Assembly (NCBI GenBank): GCA_965202585.1
Contig: OZ241827.1
Location: 77,624,001-77,688,000, forward strand
Reading direction: 5' to 3'
Length of the DNA stretch: 64,000 nucleotides
Origin: Thalia democratica
Lineage: Eukaryota
In this document: piece by piece, positions 1-13,600 of the stretch
How positions within the stretch are numbered: the first letter of the stretch is position 1
Layout: every line of letters begins with the position of its first letter
Position numbers and translations under genes: made by a program
Notes under the pieces: generated by a model
Database searches by the model: none
What the model was told of the DNA's origin: nothing
The model's input: only the letters and a program-made list of their open reading frames with translations

Positions 1-79
1 AACTTATTAAACTGTGGGTGGCGTGATCGCTTTAATTTTATTAAATTTGCGCACGAAACAAATTTACTTCGTTTTTTAG

Positions 80-720
80 GATCAGCAGAACATAAAAAGT
101 GCGTAGGTCAAACATGATATTTTAGATGATAGAGACCTGAAATTTTGAAATTGCTTACAAAAGTTTGTTTAAATACCGAAATAAAATTAACGGTCCTGGA
201 AAGAAAATTTTCACTTATTCTAGTAACTACAACTGTCAAGGATTATAAAGACAACTAGCTAAAATTTCATTCAGAAAAGTTTAGTGCTGACGTACTTTAA
301 AATTATTTCCATCGTTTATTGGTTGCATGCAAGCGATCAGACTCTAAATTGACCAATGGGGGTATTTCTTACAGCGCAGTATCAAAAGGAAGCTTAGATG
401 AAGACACTCTGTTTGTGGTGGACAAAATTAGTGGGTCAATTAGATTAATGGGTTGTTTAGAGGCAAGAGTTACAGGCTAAGGATAAGAGCAAGAGATTTT
501 ACAGGGAAGAGCACTCAAGCCAGACTGGTTGTCAATGTGTTGCCTAGTAACCTTTGTTCGCGTAATGGCAATATGAAAAATAAACTGACCATGATAAATG
601 TAATTGAAATAACTTCCCCTGGACAAGTGGTTGGTACCATAAACACTACTAGATCTGATGTTGTTTATGACATCATAGATGGTTCGGGAAAGGGAGTTTT
701 TAGAGTTGATCGATATACAG
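80..720 (+). pseudogene. Heavily degenerate cadherin-repeat exon (P1)
   Basis: TVKDY(K)DN*LKFHSEKFSADVL* with TAG 256-258 and TAA 298-300. Frame changes between LHASD and DS..NGGISYS (about 335) and between MGCL and GKSYRLRIRARD (about 460). Donor G|gtcggt at 721. The 5' boundary (ttttttag 78-79) is tentative. Confidence 0.75.
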
Positions 721-3700
721 GTCGGTAAAAGATTGATTAAAAGAAAATTCTAGTCCTAAAATAAGTACATACTTTAAAATTTTATAAGAAAAAGTTAACT
801 TTTAGTATTTTAACTTTATCAATTGTATTTAATGTGAATAACTTTTAGTTTGAACTTTTTAAATCTAGTTTTTACTATTATGGACAAGTTATTTTCAGTT
901 TAAAATGTTTTAGTAGTATCATAACATGGTGTGTATTTTAAATAATAACTAGCCTGATTTTTCTTGTTTTCATAGTTAATATATCCTCTTTTTATACTTT
1001 TAAAACTGTCTAAGGTTCAAAGAAAACATAATATAAATTTTTAGTTTTTATATAAATTTTGCACATAATTTTAAAGTTAGAACATAAAAGATTTAATTAA
1101 TTTTACATATAAACATAAAATCCGAATTTAATTAATTTTTTAAAGTTATTTTATTTTTATCTGACAATCAAAAAACTTTCTAAAAAAGTTTTTAAATTTT
1201 AATTTTTTCAAAACCCAAGGTTTAAGTAAACAAGTTCAGTTGAATTTAATGAATTTTTGTTCAAACAAAACTTAAATAATTGTTTTGGAATTTTATATAT
1301 TTCTTAAACAGTCAAACAATTGTTTGATACGTTTTGTTGAATCGTGACTTGTTCATGTTTGCATGTTTTGTTTTTCATACAAGCAAGCAGTAATTGCATA
1401 CCATACATTTAATCTTTAATTGTTTGTAAATGTTTATAAACTATTGTAAAAATTTCCAATTCTCAGTATGTATAAACGTTTAAACTACCATAACATTTTT
1501 ATACAATATTTATTTTAACAGTTTATTACTAACAAAACTATGTTTTACTCCTATACTTGCATATAGGAGATCCTCAGTTGTTGTAAATAGATCTGAAAAA
1601 TATTTTTTGAACCAATGAATGGAAGTTCCATACATAGCTAAACAATAAAATTACATAAAAGTTTTATAAGTTTAAAGACAGTGTAGTTATATTTGTTAAA
1701 TTTACTTATAAACAGGGAAAGTATTTTTTTGACATACAAAAGCTTTCAATGTATACATATTAATAACTTGTTTAAACGATCAAGAAATTCGGCAAAAACA
1801 ACTACTTATGCCTTCTTATTGAAGATTATCGGTTTAAGTAGCAAAAAGGAAATTTATTTTTCTGAAAAGGATGTGCTCTATAAAGCTTGTTTATCACTAA
1901 ACTTGGTTATTACGTCACAGTAGTGCCCTTAAGCTGCACTAGTAATTTCTCCTAAGAAATTTATATGAAGCTACTTGATGAAGTGAAACAGTTATGATGC
2001 TTGATTTTTCTTACTTGAATAAAAAGCTTATACAGACATCCTTAAAAAATATATGTTGTACAAGCATGTTAAATGTTATTGTTTGTCTACTGTCTAGTTT
2101 TATCTGAAAGCAGTTATGTACTTATAAAACAAGTTTTAAAACTTACTATAACTATATTTTCATCGTGTTTCGTTTTTCTAAAATAAATAAACAAATTAAA
2201 ACACAAACTTATTTTTGTTCTATGTTTAAATTTTTGGATTTTATTCTTTAAATATCAAAAAACTACTTGAGGTTATAGTCGTTCTCTTATCTTAGGAAAC
2301 AACATAGTTTGAAAAAAATGGTTTCTTACTTATATTTAATGACAAATAAAGTGCAAAATTTCTATCTATGTTAATCTTTAAAGTTACAGTGATCTTAAAT
2401 CAAGACTATCAAGAAAGCACAGTTTTTTGCTATTTTTTCTTTATTAAGTTATATCTTCGAAAAAAGGTAAAATAAGGAAATTCTTAATCAATTTAAATGA
2501 CAAATTTCTTTAATATATGATTTTAAACATTTATGAGAGAGTAATTTGAAGTTGAATTAGAATTTTTTTAGTTAAGCCAAGTACTAAGATATTTGTATTT
2601 AAATTAGATGCTTTTGCTTCTGTTGAAGTTTTAGCTGCTTCATGAGCAATTAGTCTTGTGTAATTAAAAGAAAAAAGAAAAAAAAGCATAAGCTGAATAG
2701 TAGTAAAGATTCAAGAAAGTGCTTTGTATTTGCTCAAAGTTTAAATTTCGGTTGAAAAATTTACAAAGAAGAATTAAACAAGAATAATAACAACAAAAGA
2801 AATAAACTTTACCCGCTGTATACACAAATAAGTAGAATGGTAAATACTTGAAGCTTGTTTAAGTTACACAAAAGGTTCTCGACAGTTTATAAGTCTTTGT
2901 GCCAACAAAAAAATACTTTTTATTTCAAAAAGAGCAAGAAAATAATAATAGGGTCGGGCATGAGTCATATCTTTTGTTTAGGAAGTTGAGTTTGTACAAC
3001 GCAGATTCTTAATTTGAAAGTAAAGAATAAATTAACACCTTATTTTCTCCCCCTTTTTATAGTCATACTTAGTTGGGTTTTAGCTCGCTTTTGTTGTTTT
3101 TGTCTTGGTATGATTTAAATAAAATTTAAAGTCTTAACTACATATACACAATTATTTTAATTCTAAACAATTTAATTTTTGTAATACAACAAAAATCTTT
3201 AAACAATTTTTGAAAAACCAAGTAGGGAAAGTACTCTATGTTGTTTAAACTTTAAATGACAACAGAATATTAAGTCCCTTGACATTAAAAATCGGTCAAG
3301 TACATACAATAAGAAGTATAAAAATACTTGTCAAACTCTAGTTTGACACAAAAACTATCATGTTAAATTACAGCAGAGAAAATTTCCTCAAAATGACAGC
3401 GGGTTTGTATACTAAAGTCTCATTTGTCAGCTGTTTTTTTTTATGGTGCACTTGTTTTTAATTTCAGATAACAAGCAAAAACTAGAATTTTAACTTCGGG
3501 CGCTTGTCTAAAGAACAATTTCAGTCAAATTTTAAGTTTTTCTTTCATAAAGTTCTTTCCTAAGTTAATGCATATAACTTATGTCAGATATTTGTTTTCG
3601 CAAACTATCTGTTTGAAGTAATTTTATATTTTTGTATATAATCCATCCATTTTTTATTAAAAATCTTAGTATTTCTTCTGTGAGATTTACTTCACAGTTT

Positions 3701-4616
3701 CAGTATAAAACAAATAGCTGTAAAAACATAATAGTTAAGAACACAATAATTATACGGTATTAGTTTCATTCAATATATTTTCCTTAAAAAATGGTTTTTG
3801 AAAATAAAAAATCTACTAAAATATACTGATTGTAAAAAATGTGTGAAAACATTTTATCAGTAACATATGCATGCCCTTAATTAATTTGATATAGCATATG
3901 TTTTAAATGATCCTGTTCTTTTTTTAGTTTTACTGACATTTTAGTAATTTATCATTACGCCTGTAAGACTTAATTATGAACAGAAGCATACTGGAAATAT
4001 GTTTGGACATGCTTTTTTAATTATCTTTTTGTGTTGTCTGGTTTAGGAATTACCTCCTACTAAATCATTTTGAAATTAAATTTTCTTCAATAAACATTTT
4101 TTAGCTTTATTTGTGTAACTTTTTTTTCAATTTTAAAATGAAATTTTATCAAGCTAAGTTTTTATTTTAGTTTAAAAGCATTTCAGTTTATGTATGTTTT
4201 AATATAATTATTTCGATATATTTAGCTAATATAGTACTATGACTGTTCTCTCTTTTTTAAACATTAATCATGATCTAAATATTAATCGATCACGTATTTT
4301 TTGTACTAAATATTAAAAAAAACAATTTTTTCAGTTAAAAAAAATTATATACTTTTTAATAAAATATTTTTTACTACAATTTAGAAAATTTATAGAAAAT
4401 GACAAAAAAAAACTAAAACTAATGATAAAAATTGTAAACAACTAGAATTAAACTGTAAAAAATTGATTAAATACCTGTTGTTTTTGTTTATATAAAAAAA
4501 AGTTAAAAACTATTTTTTTAAAGTCGTGTTTTCCTAAACAAATTTTTACTTACTTGAAATAAAAAAAACAAACAAACTTAAAAACATGTAAAAAGTAGAC
4601 TTTTAATATTTTTCAA

Positions 4617-7600
4617 GACAAGTAGTTATTGCTCGATCATATGACAGAGAAATGGAGAAATATTATTGGCTGACAATAGCATCACGTGATAAGCAGGGTT
4701 CATATCTATCTGAAGACTACATAAAAGTAGCAGTGACAGTTATGGATGTTAATGACAACTATCCAGTTTCTGACCAGCCAAGCTACAATATCTCGTTAGT
4801 TAAATAGTACATGTTATGTAAAAAATAAACTAAATTACTATTAAAAGCTAATTGTTACAAAAGTTTTAAAAAAAGTACAGTAAAATAAAAAAATTAGTGA
4901 AACTTGTTTGTAAATATGATGGTCATTAACTTTACGTTTATTACAAAAACTTAAAGTATTTTAAAAACTACAAAATCTTGAATGTTTATATATGAAAAGT
5001 ATAATAAAATTTATTTTAAACGTTAAAGCAAATAGTTGTAAAAAGTAAATTAAATATATTTAATTACAGTGTGGATTCTGGAACACCTGTTAACACTCCT
5101 ATATTAAATATACAAGCATCTGACAAAGATGAAGGTTTAAATGGAAAGTTTACATACACTATCTTGAAAGCAGAAATATTTAAAATAAACTCTGAAACAG
5201 GTTAATTTCAAAAGTATTTATGTGTTTGTTTACTATTTTGGAATTACAGAAATTTTGTAAAAAAAAAAGTTTATTGAGCTAGTGTTCAGCAACATTAAAG
5301 AATTAAAAATTAAATTTTAAACTGAAAATGTGTTATGCATTTAGTTGCTATAGGTCTATTGGAACATCTTTAAAATAACTATTTATAAAAATCTATAAGT
5401 TAAAAAATAAATAAAAACTGTTCATAGTTTTATATTTTAAGTTCAAAAAGTTGTTTTGTTTAATATTAGATAACCCCTTAGCTAATATCTGTTTTGTAAC
5501 GTATGCATCTAATTTTTTGTACTACTTATAACTTTTATTGTTTATTAGTATAAGTTATTTATAGTTACCGTTTAAATAATGAGTTTGTTTGTAAAATTCT
5601 ATAGATTGTAATAAGTATTAAAAACTGCAAGTTTAAGCGTATGTTAAAAAAGATCCAAGCGAAACGAATTCACTGGAATATGTAACAATATTGGAAATCG
5701 TAGAACATTCTTAAATTTAAAAAATAACTTATATCAAGTAACTTTTTTATGTAATTAAACTTCAACTTGTTGTTGTAAATCCAAATTAAAAAAAAGTTAT
5801 CATTTACATTCAATTAAAGGCTAAATCATTAGCGGTATATAATTAAATACATTCTCAAATTTTTTTTTACAGTTACTGCTGATATATTGTTAGGAAATTT
5901 ACGTAGTAAAATTTAGTACATACGTCATGAAGTTCAACGTGACGTCGAAATTTTTATAAGTGGTTTTTATGTCATTTTAATTGGTTTTTGTCTACTTTTG
6001 TATGTACCTAGCTGAAAAATGTAGTCATATAAAGGTCAAAACGTTTGTCAAAATGGTAGGTATGCTAACGATAGTAATTAGTATTTAAACTTAAGACATA
6101 TAATGCACTTGTTAAGTACACTTACAAATAAAACGTTCTGCTAGAGCTATAACGAATTCGGTTACATCAAAAAAAAAAAGTTTGATTAAAAAGGTACTGA
6201 GTTTTACTCACTTAAATCTGTTTTAAATTTATATTTAATTAAACGTTGTTTCCTTTGTTGTACATGAAAAATTAGAATTACTAACAAAAAAAAATATATA
6301 GATTGATTCTTTAACAGAATACAATAGTCAAGTTGTAAAATTTTAACAAGATTTTAATAAAGTCTCAAAGTTGACAAAACAAAACTTATATGACCTGTAA
6401 GTCACAATAAAAATTAAATTTACTTACAATACCCTGTGGGTTTATAAAAGGAAGCCAAATTAAACAATTGAAACCGCTCTCACAGAAAGTGAGCTAATCC
6501 CTATTTACTTTTACCGTTTAACTTAGCTAGTCAAAAGCTATTTTGAATGTCTTTTGTTAATCAGTAGCGCGTAGAAGTAAAAGGATGACATTTTAATTTA
6601 CGTGCGATTAGACATATAAAAAGTCGCGGTCTCTATAAGAGCTAATTCCAACCGGATATTAATAAAGTTTTTAAATTTAGTTTGTCAAATATAATTTAAT
6701 ATATTACTGTTAAATTGCAATAAGTAAAATTTAAAATATTTTTAATAGTTATCTTAAACCAAGCCTATAGTTTGGTGAAACTGTTTATTTTTATTTTGAA
6801 TAAGGGGTTTGTTTGATAAACTGATGTATGGCTGGTTTATTTTATTTCAAAAGCTTTAAATTAATATTTTAAAACACATTTAAAGTGTATTATATTATTT
6901 TTTAACTTCAAATATCGTTTTTGCTTTAAAAATCATATACACAAATAAGAATTTTATAGTAAAACTAACTTTGATATAGTTTTGGTTATAGAAATGTTTA
7001 CCTAAAATGTGTTCCACAATAGTGTAAAAAACTACTTATATATATAAAGTAAAAATAATACACATACCTGTTTCAGTAAATGCGCATAGGTTGTGCTTAA
7101 CACTTATAAAAATTACCTTCAAAACATTAAATTGCCATAGAAACAAAAAAACCGAAATAAGTTGTAAAATTGCTCATAATAGCCAAGAGTTTGTTTACAT
7201 TCACTAGAAAGATCAAACGCAGTTATACTGCTCATTTAGCAATTATTTGTTTTAAAGCAACAATGCTTTGTGAGTGAACTTGTTTTGATTTGAAAGCATC
7301 AATCTAATTAAAAAAGAAAATATAATAAAGTAGTAATTATTTCCTGTTCATTTGATCCCTACCAATTATGCATAGCAAAGGTTAATTTTATGAGCAAGCA
7401 TTCTTAAATGATTAATAACTTAAGTAAAGATATTTGCAAAAAGTAAATAGTTCAGCAACTCAAATATAAAAAAAAATCTGATAAAAAAGTTATATTAATT
7501 TTATCCAAGATAAAACTTATCGAAAAATAGATATACTTTTGTTTCTAACAGAGACTTTTATTTAGCATATTGACATTTTTTAAATTTTAGAGAAATATCT

Positions 7601-10600
7601 GCTTTAAACACTTACAGTCTTTTATTTTGTTTTATTAAAATGCTAAAAAAAATGATATTTTTTTTAGTTTTTGAATAAGATAGCAATTGCTTGTGTTACT
7701 TAAGTTAAATTTAATTTTTAAATGATGTTACAAAACAATATTTGTTTAATCTTGCTTTGTGTATTGTCTCAACTATTGTTACGAAATATTGAATGAAGCT
7801 TATAAATAAACATAAAACTTTATTTTAAATAATCTTGTTTGTTCAAGAAATCATTATTCTTCTGCAATTTAATAAAACCACATGTTTTTATTATATACGA
7901 GTAAGGGTTTTTATTCAATGAAACACGTCAAAATACTTGTGTAAACCACAATTCCTTTAAAAATCTTAAATTCATCTGATAAAATAATAAAAATAAAATT
8001 AGAATCTTTTACATTTTTTGTTGGTTGAATTAAAACATAAAATGGGTAATTTATCAACTAATGTTATTGAAATGCCAGTTATGTAGATAAACAAGTATAC
8101 TTAACTCCTAAATAACAAAACATGTCTTATGCACTGAATTAACCTCAAACTAAATGCAGCAAAACATATAATGATTGCTCTCAAGTCTAATACTTGCGTT
8201 TAGTTCTAATTTTACAAAGTAGATCTTATTATCATTATTTTTGTCAAAAATATTTTTTAACACCTTATTAAATACAAGAATAAACTTGTTGCAATTCTAA
8301 AGGTAAAAATTAAAACAATTTTATCAAAAATGTTCTGTCATAAAACCTACATTTTGAAATGAACTTTTATTAAATACGTTGTCAAAAGTTTTATACAGAC
8401 TTTTGCAATTGATTGTATCCTGTATTTTTATGTTTTTAGTAATCAATAATACTAAAGTTTATTTGAAAACTCTTATGAACAAAATCTTTCGAACTATTTT
8501 ACGAATTGTTTGATGTGGTCAGACTTTGAATTTTCATTTCCTTACAACAATATGCATTTGACAGCAAAAATATACAAATTTTGTGTTAGCAGCAAGGTGT
8601 TTTATTTTTTAATTTAAAAGATATTATAAAAATAATACTTTAACAGCTACTTGTTTGTCTTAATTATTTGAAATATTAAGCTTACTTAACAAAGCAAAGT
8701 GTATGTGTTTAACATCAAAATAAGTTTAAACTAGTCTGAATAACTTGTTTAAAATGTAAACTTAAAAAAAATTAATTATTTTGATTAATTTGTTTTTATG
8801 TGATGTATAATTTATAAAATTGAACAGAAACGTCGTTAAAAAATCGTTTTTACTAAATTGTTAAAATACTGACTATTACTGTAAAGTTCATAATATATAT
8901 GTTATTCATTACATTCGTATATACAGTAAAGTAAACGACTGTTGAAAGGAAATCTTTTAAAAGCTTCAAGTACTTTATTTTTCTAAATGGAATCAAAAAC
9001 AAATAATATTAAAAAATAAAAACAATCTAATGAGTAATACACTTGATGTTATAACACAGTTAAAAAAAGTTGTACGACAACAAAAACAAATCAGTTAAGT
9101 TTTTGATAAACATTTCTTGTGTTTAAAATAAAATTACAGTACGGTACATAGGATAATAAAAAAGAAGAACAAATATAAACGTTCATGCAAAACTGTTACT
9201 TCTCAGCAGGAGACTAGTTCACAAAATATAATAAAATTTAGACAACTTGGGTGGTTACTTCAAAGGAAACCAAAAGTTTTAAAAAAATATTTTACCTATA
9301 AACTTTATAGAATTTTTTATTGTTTATTACCACAAAGATAAACAAATAACGTAATCGTAGAAAAGTAATTTATCATAATTTGTTGTCTTATAAACATTAA
9401 CCAAGTGGTTCTGTTTATTAACAAAAACGCTACCCTAGCTTATATTAAGATTTAAATAAACATAAGATTTTAAAGTATTAGTTAATTTTTATTACGTTTT
9501 TTCCTTTATATTACCTTATATTAAATAATTAAATAAAAAATATTTTTAAATGGAATTCTTTTTGTCCTTTTAAAACAGCTTAAAGTATTTAAAGTTATGT
9601 TATTGAAAAACATCAAAAAATGTATTTTAGTTTTCACAGCATTCCCACGCTTGGTAATTCTGTGTGTTTTTACCGCAATTATGACGTAATTAAGACTATA
9701 TTAATTGAACTTGTTTAATGCCAAGCTTCTGTACAACTAGACAAAACTAAATGTAATTATGTATTTGTGTATTAGGATAATTTATAAACTACTTTTACAA
9801 TAGTTTTAACTCTATTATTTAATAAACTGAAACTAATTAAAATGAACAAAATGTTTTAAGACTAGAGTATACGTTAGGTAAATAATACTTGTATTTTTTA
9901 TTTATTAATTCTTTTATAATTGACAAAGTTTAATTTTATTAACATTTATACGTAGTTTCTCTATAAATTAAAAAAAGACAACGTTTAATAACTAATAGAA
10001 GAAATAAGAATGTTAATTAAGAATTAGTTTATTTTTTCAAATGTTTAATTTTTAATGATGTAGTGTAAAACTAAATAAAGAAGTAATTCTTAAGTTTTAT
10101 ATAAAAAGTAAACTGAAAATTAGTTATGTTTTACTATTTTTTTAACTGTTTTAAATCTATTTCTAGGTCAAATTTACACTGCAAAAGAGCTGGTACCAAA
10201 TGTACTTGATGGATTAAAACAAATTTCGTTCGTTGTAAGTTTTAATTAAAATATTCATGAAACTATTTAAAAACTTTAGCCTAAACTCAAGATTTTATAA
10301 TGTAATATGACTCAACTTAAAAGCATAAGTTTTAAATTTTAATCTTCATTTAGTTTTGTGATGATTTCTGAGGTTTCCAATTTACAAAAAACTGAACGTA
10401 ATTTTTTTATAGCTGTGTTGATAGATATATTTATCTATCTTTAAAAGGTAAATGAGTGGAGTATATTTTATATCTTAAAGTAGCTTTTTTGTTTAAAACT
10501 TTATTTAAATTCTTGATTGTATTTAAAATTGTTAAGATTAAATAACGTAATTTCAAAAATTACTTAAAAAATAGAGAATACTTAAAACTTATCAAAATTT

Positions 10601-13600
10601 TGTTCAAAGTTACGATTTTATGACGTAAAAAAAACCCCGTCGTGAAATGAACTGTAAATTTTTGACACAATTTATTTTTTTGTATTTTTGCATAAATCTA
10701 TATTATTGAACTCTTGTACAATTGGTAACTTCATACTGAATAATAATAAAAACTTATTAAACTTACTTTGTTTACTTTAAGTTTAATTGAAGCTCCTTTC
10801 TTCTTTTAATAATGTTTATTATATAGTACCTAAATATTTGTACTAAACTACTAAAAAAATGTTTTTTTTTTTGGTTTACTTGTTGTATACATATTTAAGT
10901 ATAATTAATCTTAAATAATGATAAGTTTAAACTGTACTTAAAAAAAAAGCTAAAATAACTTTTATATTTTAATTACATTTCAAAACTAGAATACAGAAAT
11001 TGACAAAAATTATAAAGCTAGCTCTACTTTTTCATGTTTTCTTATAATATTAACAACTTTATCTCAAAGGTTTATGTTGCTATCAGAAAAACTTCTACTT
11101 AACAATACATAATATTATCAAACAAATTCTAATTTGACATGATTAAAAAGTATTTTAGCAAACAATCTACACAATATTAGCAGTAAATTTAAATTCGAAT
11201 TACTCATAAAATTTTCGACAAATCCTTAAAAAAAATTCTTTCTGATGACAGTTTCCAGATTTTACACTTTAAATTCATAATTTTTTTATTACTAGATTCT
11301 TAAGCTCTGCACTTATGTATTCTTTTTCTATGACCTTACTGATTAAATAAATCAAAAACCACTAAAAGAAAGCAGTCGATTTATTTTCTTCGCGTAATTA
11401 ATTATGACAACAATAAATATTTCAAATTGACCTTGACTTACGATTGTTTAGAGAAAAGGTTTAATAGTTTAAATAAAAAAGTTTTTACTTTTCCAAGAAA
11501 AACACTTGTGTTTTTAATTAACCAAAAAGTTATAAGCAAACAACTTTATAATAAATATCATGAAGTTTAATGCTATTTTATTTACGGTTTATTTAGGAAA
11601 CTGTTTTGTATTTTTATCTATAATGCGTTTTCAAGCTAGGTAAGTTATCATAATTAACTGATCATAAATTAAATCGTTGTATTTTCACATAAAGTTAGCT
11701 TTAGTAAAGAACATCTACTTTTTTCTGACAATTATTAATTTTTTTTAATTTGTAAGGTAAATATGGAAGATAAAGGAGTACCAAGTTTATCATCTCAAGT
11801 TTCAGTGACTATAAACTTTAACCAGAAAAACTTTAATGAAGGTGGACTTTTTAATTGGTCAGATAATAATTTATTGTCGGATATTCGGTTATGGAGAAAC
11901 GAACAAGATTCACAAGAAATGTCAGTTGTTAATTTAATTTTGATTTTTTACACGTTTATTTAATTATTAAGCCAAAAAAAAGTTTCCTTTTACGTTTTTG
12001 TTTAATTTAAATAAGATGAATTACAATAAAATAGTGTATAATTACAAACAATTATTTTAACCAACTAAAGTATTAGTTTTTTATCTTATTTCTTGAAACT
12101 TTACGAAAAAATTTATAGAGTTTTTATTGATCTGTTTTATTAGAAGTTAAAAACCCTTCGATTTTTAAATATTAATGATGATAAATAGGTCTAATGAAAC
12201 ATTTAATACCATTATGTTGTATTTAAACTACAGAATTCGAATAAAAGCATATGGTACTCACCAAGAAGCAGTAAATATTAAATACTCATTGATTGAAACG
12301 GATGATTACATAATAGATGAAAACACTGGAGTTATACACACAAGTAGAAGCAACTACCAACTAAACACAGTGAAAACAATTAGGGTAAATTTTTAGTTAA
12401 AAGATTTTCTACTGTAAGTGTTAAAAAAAAATTTTAGCACGGTACTTTAAATTTAAAAAAAGTTTTATACTTACTCTAAGTCCTTAATTATTACTATAGT
12501 GTTAGAAAAGAAGATTTTCTGCTTTTTAATTTCTTTTTAAGTCAAAACTAAATTTAATCGTTAGAATAACTATTTACAGGTAAAAGCAACGGACAAGTAT
12601 TCTAATGAAGCTTTTGTTTAATTAGCAATAACCTGGGTTGAATGACCAAGCTTGCCAAGAAAGTCTAAACTTGCATTTGAAGAGAAAATTCATAGGTACA
12701 AACATCAGGAACATACGAGTTTCAAACCTTACAGAGACAGATTTATAGCAAACATCAAACATGTAAAATCAATATACAACAAAAACTTACAGTATATGTT
12801 AATTGGTTAGTAAAAAAAAAACTATTCTGTGCAAGTATAACATCAAAAAAAAAACTTCGCGATAAAAAAAAATAAGTTTTTTTTTGATAAATGTTTCAAT
12901 AAAACATCTCAATTTTTTGCACAACACAACTACATGAATAATTACAGTTGAGTTAGCTCAAATCTAAGATATTATGTTTACTATTTATGCATAAAAATGC
13001 ACTCTAATTAAACTTCGACACATTATAAGAGACAAAAATGTTGTAGTTAAGTCACATAATAAAAAAATACTTAAGGTTCTAACTCGAAAAAAGATACTTA
13101 CTTTGTTTAGAAAAACTTTACTAGCTTTTTTGATAGCCTTGAAAGAAATTTTAACATTATATAAACTAATAACATCAGACGAAAACTAACAAAAACATGT
13201 TATTATGTATCATAATAAAAGTTAATGTGTAACAGAAACTTCTAATCCGACAACACATTGACCCGATAATCAGACAAAATAAACCGATAATCCGTCTAAT
13301 GCGGTTTAACACTGTTAACTAAAATATTTTGATAGTTCTTAAAGTTGTTTATCAAAAAAGTTATATTTACCAAGTCAAACATAGTTTGATAATTGTTGCT
13401 TAAATCTTTTAAGTATTTATTTTTTATTTAAAAGAAACTTAAATTTATACCTTTTAAAACTGAGCGCAGCTAAACAAATTAATTAACTTTTTATTTTATG
13501 TTTTCAAATTGAATAATTATTTTTGACTGTCACTCGTTAAAATCTTACACATAAGTAAAACAACAATAAATGTTGTAAAGTATAATTGACACAACCCTTA

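Noticed and set aside
1693-1923. ORF repeated at 41223-41417
   Set aside because: Intronic; it recurs only because the region is duplicated, has different starts, and shows no domain signature or splice context.
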